Assembly: GCA_030324005.1 (NCBI GenBank)
Contig: JARDVH010000149.1
Location: 27,342,676-27,406,675, forward strand
From: Negaprion brevirostris
Taxonomy: Eukaryota
Direction of reading: 5' to 3'
Length of the DNA: 64,000 nucleotides
Shown: positions 12,316 through 25,209 of the stretch, in pieces
Layout: every line of letters begins with the position of its first letter
Position numbering within the stretch: the stretch's first letter is position 1
The notes under the pieces: model-generated
What the model was told of the DNA's origin: nothing
Databases searched by the model: none
The model's input: only the letters and a program-made list of their open reading frames with translations
Position numbers and translations under genes: made by a program

Positions 12316-12504
12316 CAGTGCTCGGATAAAAATGTCCATGGAAAATAAGGCAGAGAGTGCTATCTCCAAAGTAGCTGATAGTTCAGATGCCTCCAGCCTT
12401 TCCACTACATTGAAATCGGGAGCAGTCATTTCAGTTGCAGGTCTGCCAACAGGGCCTGGGAAAGAGACGATGGAAAGCATTCTTATTGCACTTGATACCG
12501 AGAG
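12316..12504 (+). CDS. EHMT1: EHMT1 exon (linker before the ankyrin repeats); NAGNAG acceptor
   Basis: tgtag|cag| acceptor; ...SVAGLPTGPGKETMESILIALDTE matches GLP GPGKETLESALIALDSE; donor gag|gtaagc in phase 2. Confidence 0.93.
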
Positions 12505-13004
12505 GTAAGCATTCAAAAAGTAAAGGATTGCAATAGAACAGCGATTAAAGGTGTTTTCTTATTGAAACAAGGAATAATAAAAATTCTATTTTGGAAAACA
12601 GCTAACTGCAAAAATTCAAAAATGAAGTTAATGTATTTGTTTCCTCTTGATTTCCTGTGGGCTCATTTACTTGGAGTTGTCCACGTTGGGCTCTGTGACA
12701 CGAGGCTAGATCTTGAGCCTGCATTCGCCTTCCATGGGATTAGTATCTGGGGATCAATATCCAGTGAAACCTGAAAGTCAGGAATCTCGCCAGTGAGATC
12801 ACGACTTCTGATTTTCGCTGGCAATGTAATCAGGTTCTTGCCCACAATTTGAGAGAGATTTGCCGGCTCTGATCGTGATGTGGGGGGTGGAAGGTATGAT
12901 GCCTGCTTCAATCGGGAGGGTGGGGGGTGAATGCCAGCTTTGAATAGTGGGGGATGGAGAGTGTAAATGCTGGTTCTGATCAAGAGGTGGGGGGGGTTAA
13001 CAGT

Positions 13005-13199
13005 CACACTGTAATTAAGTTACTGTGAAAATTCCCTAATCACCACACTCCAGCACCTGTTTAGGTACACTGAGGAGAAATTTAGCATGGCCAATGCATC
13101 TAATCATCATGCCTTTTGGCCTGTGGGAGAAAACCAGAGCACCCAGAGGAAACCCATGTAGACATAGGGAGACTCCACACACAGTGACCCAAAGCTGGA
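13005..13199 (-). mobile_element. HE1-like V-SINE, truncated by gap
   Basis: aatttagcatggccaat...tgtgggagaaaaccagagcacccagaggaaaccca is the reverse complement of the SINE core. Confidence 0.8.
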
Positions 13200-15599
13200 N
13201 NNNNNNNNNNNNNNNNNNNNNNNNNNNNNNNNNNNNNNNNNNNNNNNNNNNNNNNNNNNNNNNNNNNNNNNNNNNNNNNNNNNNNNNNNNNNNNNNNNNN
13301 NNNNNNNNNNNNNNNNNNNNNNNNNNNNNNNNNNNNNNNNNNNNNNNNNNNNNNNNNNNNNNNNNNNNNNNNNNNNNNNNNNNNNNNNNNNNNNNNNNNN
13401 NNNNNNNNNNNNNNNNNNNNNNNNNNNNNNNNNNNNNNNNNNNNNNNNNNNNNNNNNNNNNNNNNNNNNNNNNNNNNNNNNNNNNNNNNNNNNNNNNNNN
13501 NNNNNNNNNNNNNNNNNNNNNNNNNNNNNNNNNNNNNNNNNNNNNNNNNNNNNNNNNNNNNNNNNNNNNNNNNNNNNNNNNNNNNNNNNNNNNNNNNNNN
13601 NNNNNNNNNNNNNNNNNNNNNNNNNNNNNNNNNNNNNNNNNNNNNNNNNNNNNNNNNNNNNNNNNNNNNNNNNNNNNNNNNNNNNNNNNNNNNNNNNNNN
13701 NNNNNNNNNNNNNNNNNNNNNNNNNNNNNNNNNNNNNNNNNNNNNNNNNNNNNNNNNNNNNNNNNNNNNNNNNNNNNNNNNNNNNNNNNNNNNNNNNNNN
13801 NNNTTATTGAATGGCGGGGCAGGCTCGAAGGGCTAGATGGCCTACTCCTGCTCCTATTTCTTATGTTCTTACGTTCTTTAAGACCTCAAAGTGTATTTAA
13901 AACAATTAACACTGTGCCCATCCTTCACCCAGTTCACAACCTTCACACATACCTCCACTCTGCCCTCAACCATCACTCACCCTTCCTCTCACCTTCACTC
14001 AGTACCCAACATCCATCCCAGCCCAAACATTACTTCAGTGCCCCCAAACCAATTCACAACCACCATCCGGCTTGTAAGAAACTGTTGTCCACTGCTAATC
14101 CTTTATGTAACATAAAACAAAATCAATGCAATCCGAGACCTAATGCACTTGAGAACAGGTGCAATTATAATCTATTGAGTAAACAAATATTTTTTAAAAA
14201 TCAATGCATCCAGAAACCTAATGCACTCTATCATTTTCTTCATTTGAAGTACTTTTATAATTCAAGTCCAAGCTTTTCTATGTTTACTTGGCATTAAAGT
14301 TTCTCAAGCTCATAAAACAATTAAAAGGCTTTGAAACATTGAAAATAGTTTTAAAAATGCTTAAGAACTTTAAAAACATCATCATGACACTACAAGCCTG
14401 CAGGACCCAATGGGGCATTCCTTATGCTGCTGAGGGGACATGGTCTTGGTGCTTCAGTGCCTTGCTGTTACCCCTTGTGACTGCACTTATGGATGTCTAC
14501 ACCCTCAGTGGGACAGGAGGTCCCTACCGTTTCAGTGCAAAAAGGTAAGAACACAGTTTTGATTGCTGTCAATGGCAAAGCTATGGCACTTGTCACTGAC
14601 AGAAGGATCTAGGTCATTCATGTTAACAACTAAAATATCTGAAAACCTTCTTGCTTTGCTTAATGGGTAAAAATGTCTCCCAAAATAGCACTAAGCATGC
14701 AGATAAAGTTCTAGGTGTGATTTCATGTCTCTTTGAGTTTGTTCATTTGACCTGGATCCCAACAGCTGGCACGTCATATGGTTTTCGTGTCACTGTTTTG
14801 GAGAAGGGAAAGAAAATAGTCTTGTTAGATGTAGCTTCCTGTTGGGCAAATGCATGGAGCCATGGTGAAAATGGGATCATTGCTAGTTGTGATATCCTCA
14901 GGGGTGAGTGGCCTGCCAAGTCTTGCTTGTGGAACTGTATACCAGTGAANNNNNNNNNNNNNNNNNNNNNNNNNNNNNNNNNNNNNNNNNNNNNNNNNNN
15001 NNNNNNNNNNNNNNNNNNNNNNNNNNNNNNNNNNNNNNNNNNNNNNNNNCAGTGAAAGTTGGACAACAAAAAATTATGACTAAAAACAATACACAAGCAA
15101 TGTTTTTATCAGGGAGATGTCCTATTCATGTCAAAATTTCTTTGTAATAGCTCCACTTATTGAATTAACCTATTGTTGATTTTGCTGAGCTTAAATCGTG
15201 CCTTTACTGGAAATTAAATAATTTTGTTTTTGTACAGTAGATAAATGTATATTTTGATTACTCCTCATCGGACATGAACATATTGTTTAAAATGACAGCC
15301 ATTAAAAGGGAAGCATTTCCCATTTGAAGTACAGTGCTCAAAAGACTCCTGCAGCTGAAACATTTTGATGCTAACTCAATGAATTTGTGTGACAATTGCC
15401 ATGAGAATTTAAAATAGTATTAAACTAACAACTTTTAAGAAAAACAGTTTAGTGGCAGGGAAATAATTATATATCTGCATAATTGCAGAAGTCTGTGGGC
15501 CCTGTCCACTGTCCACACCTTTCCTTGCTGTGCATCTGATTTATTCCTATTTATCAAATGCTTGCTTTACTTTGAAGCTTTAGGACAGATTTCTGTCTT

Positions 15600-16390
15600 C
15601 ATCCTATTTCCTGGTCATCAGTGTGATGCAAAAAATAGGCCACTAGCTCTCTGCAAAAGTTGCTCTCAATTGGGCAATTTGCTTAAGTTTGCTATCGAAT
15701 TCCACCTTGGCCTCAACTCACCTGCTGCTGATGTCTTCGTTATCTTTAGACTTAACTACTCTAACACACTTGTGTCCTGCCCACATTCCACCTTCTGAAA
15801 TTGAAGTCAACCAAAATCCTGCCTCTTTTGCCCTAACTTGCACAAGTCTCATCAACCTTGTACTTGCTGGCCCACATTGGCTCAATTTGGCAACAGCTTG
15901 TTTCTGAATCCTTCCCATGGTTTCGTCCATCCTCATCTCCTCTAGACTTCAACCCTCTGGATAACTGCACTCCACAATTTTGGNNNNNNNNNNNNNNNNN
16001 NNNNNNNNNNNNNNNNNNNNNNNNNNNNNNNNNNNNNNNNNNNNNNNNNNNNNNNNNNNNNNNNNNNNNNNNNNNNNNNNNNNTAGACTTCAACCCTCTG
16101 GATAGCTGCACTCCACAATTTTGGCCTATTGCATTTTCCTGATTTTAATCACTGCATCATTGGCAGCAGTGCCTTGAGCTGCCTAGGCCCTAAGCTGGAG
16201 CATCCTCCATAAATTTCTCTGCCTTACTTTGTTTCTTTCCTCCTTGAAATTCCTTAGGACCTATCTCTTTGACTAAACTTTTGGTTATTTACAATTGTGT
16301 GGCTTGGTGGCAAATTTTGTTTTGGAACATTCCTGTCAGGCACCTTGGAATGTTTACTGAATTAAAGATCTACATAAATGTAAATGGTTG
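15600..16390 (+). mobile_element. L2 LINE 3' portion, degenerate
   Basis: tttagacttaactactctaac (RLNYSN, cf. RLDYCN), and L2-type tail gcaccttggaatgtttact...taaatgtaaatggttg. Confidence 0.65.
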
Positions 16391-16902
16391 GATATGCACA
16401 AAAGCAAAAAGGAAACCCCTCTAACAGTTACTGCATTTCTTTTGATGAAGCTTGATCAGCTTGATACTTCTCACTTCTATGATTAATCTTAAGATTGCAC
16501 AATCCCTGAGGTGGGCGAGAGGCAGAGCGTGAAGTTGCGTGGATGAAGTTCAGTCTGGGAACCTTCCTGCCCTGACTCAATTTCAGAGTATGCCGGACAG
16601 AGTCTTGGCTGGGAAGCTCCCCCTTACCCCTGTTAAGGCCCTCATTGGCCATTTGAGAGCCTTTTCTCACCCAGCCTCAATTTTTAGGCTAGGGGGCACC
16701 AGTTGGACCAGGAAGTGGAATAGAATTAGTTAACAATCTGAATGGGAAGTGGGGGGTAACTCAATCTGAAGACCCAGTCAGATTTGGAGCACCGACTCCT
16801 TAGGGACCTGGGAGCTCCAGCCCTCCTCCTCCCCCGCCTGGTACTTATCTGAAGTGCGGTCCTGGAACTTGTGCTCAGGCACAGTGCTGCAGTACCTCTT
16901 CT

Positions 16903-17149
16903 GTAAGAAATCTCACAACACCAGGTTTATTTGGTAGCAAAAGCCAGTAGCTTTCGGAGTGCTACCCCTTCATCAGGTGAGTGGGAGTTCTATTCACAAA
17001 CAGCGCATATAAAGACACAAACTCAATTTACAAAATAATGATTGGAATGTGAGTCTTTACGGGTAATCAACTCTGAAAGATACAGACAATGTGAGTGGAG
17101 AGAGCATTAGCACAGGTTAAAGAGATGTGTGTTCTCTCCAGACAGGAGA
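16903..17149 (-). mobile_element. Penelope-like element terminal repeat (continues into gap)
   Basis: ctcacaacaccaggtttatttgg...gctttcggag...ttcatcaggtg; carries a hammerhead core on the minus strand. Confidence 0.6.
16943..16981 (-). ncRNA. Minimal type I hammerhead ribozyme motif (Penelope-associated)
   Basis: Minus strand reads CUCAC-CUGAUGA-A-GGGG-UAGCA-CUCC-GAAA-GC-UA-CUGG: core boxes CUGAUGA and GAAA, a 4-bp stem II and palindromic AGCU at stem III. Confidence 0.65.
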
Positions 17150-17791
17150 NNNNNNNNNNNNNNNNNNNNNNNNNNNNNNNNNNNNNNNNNNNNNNNNNNN
17201 NNNNNNNNNNNNNNNNNNNNNNNNNNNNNNNNNNNNNNNNNNNNNNNNNNNNNNNNNNNNNNNNNNNNNNNNNNNNNNNNNNNNNNNNNNNNNNNNNNNN
17301 NNNNNNNNNNNNNNNNNNNNNNNNNNNNNNNNNNNNNNNNNNNNNNNNNNNNNNNNNNNNNNNNNNNNNNNNNNNNNNNNNNNNNNNNNNNNNNNNNNNN
17401 NNNNNNNNNNNNNNNNNNNNNNNNNNNNNNNNNNNNNNNNNNNNNNNNNNNNNNNNNNNNNNNNNNNNNNNNNNNNNNNNNNNNNNNNNNNNNNNNNNNN
17501 NNNNNNNNNNNNNNNNNNNNNNNNNNNNNNNNNNNNNNNNNNNNTGATCATGAAATGGCAGTGGGTCTGTCAGAGTTGGTGGAGATGTGTTCCCCATCAC
17601 TTGCCATCCTGAAGAATCAGGCCTAGGCGTTTGGCTCTGGGGAATTTTTGGCCAAAATCTATCTCCCATCACTGCTAGTGCTTGTTTGATTCCACACTAT
17701 GGATTGCCATTTTGCCTGATTTCCTACTATTTATGAAGAATAGCTTACAATGCTGTCTTTCTTACTGAGACAATTTGTTTTGTTCAAATAG

Positions 17792-17874
17792 ACCCAAGAA
17801 GTTGCGTTTTCACCCGAAGCAGTTATATATCTCTGCTAAGCAAGGAGAGATGCAGAAAGTGCTTTTAATGCTGG
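17792..17874 (+). CDS. EHMT1: EHMT1 exon (ankyrin region start)
   Basis: aatag|...ctgg|gtaagt, 83 nt; [27 protein letters not shown]. Confidence 0.97.
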
Positions 17875-18146
17875 GTAAGTCTTCATGTATTTGTAAATGT
17901 GGGATAAAAACATAAAGCATATTAAAATCGCAGGGAAGAGTTTTGTACGTATTAGCTCTAAAGAAGTGGACTTTGCCAAAGAATGGCCTTCTTTGTGCTA
18001 TAATTTTGCAACTTTAAGCTACAGATGGAAATAGAAACGCTTTTATTTTATATATTCCTTTGTCCTGTAATTGGTTTCAAATTGAAACCATAAATAAACA
18101 GAAATTTGCTTGAATACTTAATTTTTTCCTCTCACCTTTACTCTAG

Positions 18147-18253
18147 TTGATGGGATTGACCCTAACTTTAGAGCTGAACACCAGAATAAGCGGACGCCTC
18201 TCCATGCAGCTGCTGAGATAGGCCACGTGGAAATTTGCCATATGCTTGTACAG
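18147..18253 (+). CDS. EHMT1: EHMT1 exon (ankyrin repeat)
   Basis: ctctag|...cag|gttaaa, 107 nt; [35 protein letters not shown]. Confidence 0.97.
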
Positions 18254-18742
18254 GTTAAAATGGTTTTATTTTGTTGACTTTGAATTTTATAATGCCTTGT
18301 TTGTACTCTGTCTAGATAATTTTGCAATTTAAAAAAAAACTCCATAAATTCATTATTACGTGAAGTCGTCATTACAGCTATGCCTATAATGTTGTAAATC
18401 ACCCTTTTTTAATCTTGGACTGTGCACCTCTCAAGCAAAGATGGCATTTATTATTTATTCATAACTGTTTATGCGAAAGTGGTAATGATTTTTCCTCTTG
18501 AATTGCAGTTGTCTATATGATGCATCTTGTTCTAATTTATCTTTTATCTATTTTCATGTAAAAAATCTGTTGCAAAGAGCTGAGTGGAAAGAGAGATGTC
18601 TTTTTACGTTGCATGGTTGTCTATTTTGATTATAAGCAAGCAAACTATTACTCTCTTAAGCAGGGAACTAAACAGAATTTTACCCGTAATGATAAAGATG
18701 TTCCAGTTTGTGTATCATAAAGACATTTGGCCTCTTTTGTAG

Positions 18743-18865
18743 GCTGGTGCTAATCTAGATACCTGTGATGATGATCAGAGGACCCCGCTAATGGAAGCAG
18801 CAGAAAACAACCAACTTGAAACTGTAAAATACCTCTTGAAGGCAGGCGCACTGGCAGATCACAAG
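18743..18865 (+). CDS. EHMT1: EHMT1 exon (ankyrin repeat)
   Basis: ttgtag|...aag|gttaga, 123 nt; [41 protein letters not shown]. Confidence 0.97.
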
Positions 18866-19892
18866 GTTAGAATCAAAGTGAAACATTCTCATCAAAAGTT
18901 TTGCTTTTCATGTCCTGCAGTTTACCCCGAAGTTAAATTTTGGACCCAAGCATAGCGCTGGTTTCCAGTAGTTTTTCACCACTGTAAAATAGCTTGGAGT
19001 CGGGTGTAAACTCATGGGATGAAAATCTCCAATAGTTATAAGGATCCCAAATGAAATGTGTTTGGATGACTGAGTTCCATATTTTGTGCAGAACATACCC
19101 ATAATTTAGAACCTTATTAAAAAGGCCCACCAATGGATTTTGAGGGGAAATAGAAACATTCGTGGTCCAGAATGGGATACCTACTGGAGTTGAAATTGTA
19201 ACATATCATTAAAAGAATTTTATTCTGCATCCGTGGTTGGAAGTAACACAAACTACCTAAAAGAATTCCACTTCCCACAGCTGGCAGCCATTCCTGATTT
19301 AGAAAATGCCTCCAAATGTCTAAACGTAAGAGGTCTCTAATATCACATCCCAAAGAACAGAACCTGCTGACATGTTTAGCCCTCTCTTTGTTATTTATAC
19401 ATCTGCTCTCACTGATTGCTTGCTGCCTACCATTCGTTCTATTTTCTTGGATCAACTACAGATTTTACTCAAATGAATTATCATTAAATAAACTCACTTA
19501 TTATATCGCAGCCATCCTTTACATGGGATGTCATGACCCAGTAGTGCACTTACGTCACAGATATCCATATCTACAAGAGGAATCAAAATACCAGAAATGT
19601 AACCATTTGATTGCCATACACCACAGTTCACACAAAAGGGAATGATTTCAAAGCCTAAGCTTTACATTGTGGCTTAATGGGCATGGTAAGCTTGCTATCT
19701 AGTGCGTACTTCGGTTATCTATTAGTTATGCAGTAAATTTCATTGAATCGGGTATGTACTTAGCTAATCTGCAAAATTGTAGAACTGTACATAAGGTTAT
19801 TTTCATTGACAGTAATGGGGCGGTACGGTAACAAAGGGATTCTATTCTATTCTACATCCCCTGCAAATGATGAGGCAGACCAGCACATTTAA

Positions 19893-20219
19893 GGGCACCA
19901 CGGTGGCACAATGGCTAGCACTGCTGCCTCACAGCAGGTTCGATTCTGGCCTCGGGTGACTGTGTGGAGTTTGCACTTTCTTCCCGTGTCAGCGTGGGTT
20001 TCTTCCAGGTGCTCTGGTTTCCTGAGTCCAAAGATGTGCAGGTTAGGTGAATTGGCCATGCTAAAAGCCCCAAGATGTGTGGGTTAGGGGGATCAGTGGG
20101 GTAAATATTTGGGGTTACAGGGCTAGGGCAGGGAGAGGACCCAAGTTGGATGTCCTGTCAGAGTCAGTGCAGCCTCGATGAGGCGAATGGCCTCCTTCTG
20201 CACTGTAGGGATTCTATGA
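19893..20219 (+). mobile_element. HE1-like V-SINE
   Basis: cacggtggcacaatggctagcactgctgcctcacagc head; gaatggcctccttctgcactgtagggattctatga tail. Confidence 0.85.
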
Positions 20220-20544
20220 AAACCTCCTGGAGAACTTGTAACTATCATGCTAACCAAAATATGTTAACAAAAATAATCTGTATCTTATGAAGTTGTGGGA
20301 CAGATTTTTGTTACACTACCATGTTTTTCCAGCTGGTTAGGTAATACATTTTTGTATCTTTGGTGCAAAGTGATAGCTATTAGAGGGTTAATGTTTGGCA
20401 AATTTTGTAGATATTTGATAAATTTCACAATGAGTGTGATTTACATTGTTCTATTTTTCTCAATGGGCAAGAACAAAATAGGAAAATATTATTCCAGTGA
20501 TAATTTATTACAAAATTAAGTGGGAAAATGACGTCTAAAAGTTG

Positions 20545-20960
20545 TGGATTGTGAGCATCACTGGCAAGGCCAGCAGCTATTGTTTATCCTTCATTGAGAA
20601 GGTGATGGTGAGCTGTCATGTTGAATTTCTGCTGTCTGTTTGGTATAGGTACATCAACAGAGCTGTTAAGAAAACAGTTCCAGGATTTTGATGCTGTGTC
20701 AATGAAAAAATGGCAATAGAGTTCCACTCAGAATGGTACAGGGTTTGTAGGGGAACTTGCAGATGGTGTTGTTCTTGTTCTTCATGGTGGTAGAGGTTGT
20801 GAGTTTGGAAGGTGCTGTTGACCTTGGTAAGTTGCAGTGCATCTTGGAAATGTACATGCTGCTGCCATTGTGGTTGAGGGAGTGAATATATATAAAGTAG
20901 TGGTGGTGTGTTCTGTCCTGGATGGCATCGAGCTTCTTGGAACTGCATTCACTCAGGTTC
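20545..20960 (-). mobile_element. CR1-group LINE 3' end (same family as 45640-48760)
   Basis: gtgagcatcactggcaaggccagc...gagaaggtgatggtgagctg terminus also seen at about 45650 and 59895. Confidence 0.65.
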
Positions 20961-21048
20961 ACCCACCTTTCACTGTCTCCAGATACCTCCAGCTTTTTAG
21001 CTGTGGCAAACGCATCACTCAAATGTGTGTATTGCTTTAGCTACACTA

Positions 21049-22245
21049 TCATAAGACATTGGAACAGAATTAACCCACTCGGCCCATCAAATCTGCTCCG
21101 CCATTCAATCGTGGCTGATTTTTTTTTTTCCTCATCCCCCCATTCTCCTGCCTTTTCCCCATAACCCCTGATTCCCATATTAATCAAGAACCTGTCTCAG
21201 TCTTAAAGATACTCAATGACGTGGCCTCCACAGCCTTCCACAGCAAAGAGTTCCACAGATTCACCATTCTCTGGCTGAAGAAATTCCTCCTCATCTCTGT
21301 TTTAAAGGATCATCCCTTTAACCTGAGGCTGTGCCCTCTGGTTCTGGTCTTTCCTACGAGTGGAAACATCCTCTCCACATGCATTCTATCCAGGCCTCGC
21401 AGTATCCTATAAATTTCAATAAGATACCCCCCTCACCTTTCTAAACTCCAACTAGTACTGACCTAGAATCTTCAACCGTTCCTCGTAGGGCATTCATTCT
21501 TATGAACCTCCTCTGGACCCTTTCCAAGTCCACCACATCCTTCCTTAAATATGGGGCTCAAAACTGCTCACAATACTCCAAATGGGGTCTGACCAAAGCC
21601 TTATACAGCCTCAGAAGTACATCTCTGCTTTTGTATTCTAGCCCTCTCGACATGAATGCTAACATTGAATTTGCCTTTCTAACTGCTGATTGAACCTGCA
21701 CATTAACATTGAAGGTCTTGAACAATGACTCCCAAGTCCCTTTGTGTTTCTGGTTTCCTAAGCGTTTTCCCGTTTAGAAAATAGTCTATTCCTCCATTCC
21801 TCCTTTCAAAGTGCATAACCTCACAGTTTTCCACATTGTATTCCACCTGCGTTGTATTGTATTCCATCTGCCACTTCTTTGCCCATTCTGCTAACCTGTC
21901 CAAGTTCTTCTGCAACCACCTCCCAAGTTTCCTCAATACTATCTATCCTCTACATATTTTTGTATTATCTGCAAACTTAGCAATAGTGTGTTCAGTTCCT
22001 TCTTCCAAATCAGTAATGTATATTGTGAAAAGTTGTGTTCCCCAGCACCGACCCCTGAGGCAGACCACTAGCCTCTGGCTGCCATCCTGAGAAAAACCTC
22101 TTTATCCCCACTCTGTCTTCTGCCAGTTAGTCAATTCTCTGTCCAAGCCAGGATCTTACCCGTAACACCATGGGCGCTTAATGTATTTAACAGTCTCTTA
22201 TGCAGCACCTTGTCAGAAACCTTCTAGAAATCTCAGTAGATCATT
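21049..22245 (-). mobile_element. CR1 LINE ORF2 3' half
   Basis: Minus ORF LQKNLDRLAEWAKKWQMEYN..CEVMHF..QRDLGVIV; tail cataagacattggaacagaatt. Confidence 0.9.
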
Positions 22246-24562
22246 GACATTCTGTTTTAACAAAGAACAACACAGCACGGGAAACAGGCCCTTCGGCCCA
22301 ACGAGCCCGCGCCGCCGTCCCATTGTCAGTGNNNNNNNNNNNNNNNNNNNNNNNNNNNNNNNNNNNNNNNNNNNNNNNNNNNNNNNNNNNNNNNNNNNNN
22401 NNNNNNNNNNNNNNNNNNNNNNNNNNNNNNNCAGAGCAGCCCACTACAACCTGCCGCATGCGTGCCCCTTGCTGGTCAACAAGGTGGACTTAGATGCCTG
22501 TGGAGACAGGCATCTTGTATGACAAAGTGGCACACAATCAAAAGAAAGCATAACAGAGCTGGCAGGTGACCACGACCCTTGCATCCCATTAGCTCCACGA
22601 AGGAGATGGTTTTCCACGTCATGGGACTGTCAGTGTCAGTTCTGTTCAGTGTCGTGTATTATTTGAGGATAATGGCGTCCCCCTGGCCTATACCCCTTCT
22701 TAGACAGCAGGATGAGAACTGTGCTGCCAGTTAGCATGATGAGTAAGCTGCTAATGGTGTGACTGTGGACCTCTTGCTTCCGAACCCAACCAGCTCCTTT
22801 CATTCCTCAGTTCCTCTTTTCAGGCAACTAGAAAGTTCCACCTGCATATGGTGGAAGGGAGAGAACAACAGTCCAGCAGTGATCAAAAGACCTCTTCACT
22901 GCTGACACTTCCAGATATCAGTTCAAACACTGGCATTGCGCCTTTCTTGAAGTCTAGCATAGAATTGGAATCAGCGCGTGGTGCGTCATTGGGCATGAGC
23001 GTGGGCTACAAGCAAACCAGGTTAAAGGGATGTTTTTGTTCCCAGCTTACCACTGTACTGAGAGAATTTGACTGAGGAGCTCAATGGGGCGGCATGCCGT
23101 GGCTCTCTGGGCATGCAAACTGTATTGGTTAGCAGGCCATGCCGTCCCTGTCACTGTCAAGGAGCATGGGAGAGTGTGGTCCCGTTTTGGCAGAGCTATA
23201 ATGCAGAGCTTGCCTTCTGTGCAGCCTCTGCTCCATCTCCCTGTTCTACAGACCCAGAGGCACTGCCAATATTACCCCTGCCATTGTTATAACTTTTGTA
23301 TGTGCTGCTTCCCATTCCTGTGAGGATGCAACAACAGTCTCTGTGCATTATCCAATTTATGTGCCCTGGGTGTTACATCAAGTTGAACTGTGATATATCA
23401 GGATAACACCAATTTGATATGTTCATGAACACATAGGGATGCAAAAGTGTTAGCCCAAAGCAATTGAGTATGCTCTGCAGGTAGTAGGCCCATGGCATTG
23501 TTGCCCCCAGGGAAGCAATGTAGGCTTGGCTAGCTGTGCTATGCAAATGAATTTTGTGGCCTCAAAGTTTGAAGCTCATGGGGCAAATATGGAATAGCCC
23601 CGTGAATCCCGTGGCTGGAAAATGTAGCGCAGCATGAGATGTGTACTTTTTAATGAACTTGGCATTTATGGTGATGATTTCATATTAGGCAACAAATATC
23701 AGTTTCAAACAATCCTGTGTCAGATGTATAGGAGATCTGTAAACAAGGTAGTGAAACTCAACTTTAAGAAGATGAACACCAACTTCTGGTTGTGTATATG
23801 GCCTCTGAAACCACAAAATTAAGAACAATTTTGCTCTTTGGGCTCAACTAGAAACCAGTTTAGTCCATCTCATATCAATTCCCAAGATACTTAGAATTAG
23901 CTGAAACAGGAAGATTTGATCCTTTTAGTCATGTCTAGAATTAAACCTCGTTCCCTTTAACCATTGCCTTGTATTCCCCTGCACCATTTCATGCTTTGGC
24001 ATTCAGTATAATTTGTTATTTTCAATAGTCAGATTAATTTAAGCTGTATAATTAAAATGATAAAGTCAATCTCGGATTGCATTGATTAAAAATGTGTAAT
24101 AAGTGATTCATTGTTAGAGACTGCATAAGCTAATATTATACAAGAATCAGGTGGCTTAGTTATAATTCTTTGTTGAGAAAAGGCTGTGTAGTTGACCTTT
24201 GACGCCAATAATATTACTTCCACAGTATTTGTCAAAAAAATCTCTTTGCCTTGCTGGTTTTACAGAGTCTGCAAATGGTGCTTACTTTCGACTCATTTTG
24301 TTTTTCAAAGCAAATAATATTGTAAAACCTGAATATTCTCAGTAGGTTTAGGTTTTATTAATAACTGAATGTGCTGCCAGTCAAATTTCTATGGATTTCT
24401 GTAATTCAAGAAAAAAAAACTGACCAACTTTGGAGATGCTACTGCACTCTCCTGAGTCTTTCTTAGGGCAATATTGAAAGTTAATTACTGTATTTACCTG
24501 TCATATTTTGTGCAGCATTTCACTTTTAACATCGCAGTAATGTTCAGACTTTTTTCCCTTAG

Positions 24563-24664
24563 GATGTGGAAGGTTCAACTTGTCTACATCTGGCTGCTAA
24601 AAAGGGGCATTATGATGTGGTTGTACATCTTCTGTCCACAGGACTAATAGATGTGAGCTGTCAG
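24563..24664 (+). CDS. EHMT1: EHMT1 exon (ankyrin repeat)
   Basis: ccttag|...cag|gtgagt, 102 nt; [34 protein letters not shown]. Confidence 0.97.
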
Positions 24665-25209
24665 GTGAGTTGTATACTTGTGTAGGTGTTATAATTTGTG
24701 TGTCCCCCATAAACACAATGTCAAATATTTGTTCCCTGAGCTCCACTATAGTTGTCAAATCTGGTTGATGTAATCCTGGAGTATTTACTGAGCAGCCCAC
24801 CTGTCTTGAAAGATCTGGTCCTACAATCTCTTTGCACTGGTCCATCCTGTAGGTGTGTTGCCTTCCAAAGCCATTTGGATAATAAACAGGCTTTCTTGCC
24901 CTATTTGATTGATTTTAATTATTCATAAGACAGCTGTGTTTCCCCATCTCTGCTATTTTTATAATTAATGGCAATGTTCAGAGAAGCTGGAAAAAATCAT
25001 GCAAATTGATTTTTCTCTTAGGTTGCTTGTAGCAGTGATCTACAGATTAACCCAGGACAACCCTGAAGGGTTGGTTACCTGAATTTCTGCTGAACTAACC
25101 AGTGCAGTAATTTTTCTCAAGGTGGGGGAGGGGAAAAGCAAGTTAGGATTCCGATTACTGATCTACAACCAGAGAGCCCAACTGTAAGTGCTTCTTTCTA
25201 ATCATCGAC

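Noticed and set aside
15941-16123. Exact ~40-bp direct repeat either side of a 100-N gap (same pattern at 47849/47987 and 54908/55041)
   Set aside because: Typical contig-overlap artefact at placeholder gaps, not biological tandem repeats or CRISPR
13094-17672. Long ORFs in the track (238 aa, 201 aa, 165 aa etc.)
   Set aside because: They are runs of X across N gaps, not coding sequence
22430-23640. GC-richer region with several short ORFs
   Set aside because: No recognisable protein motif or splice pattern; probably a decayed transposon, family not assignable
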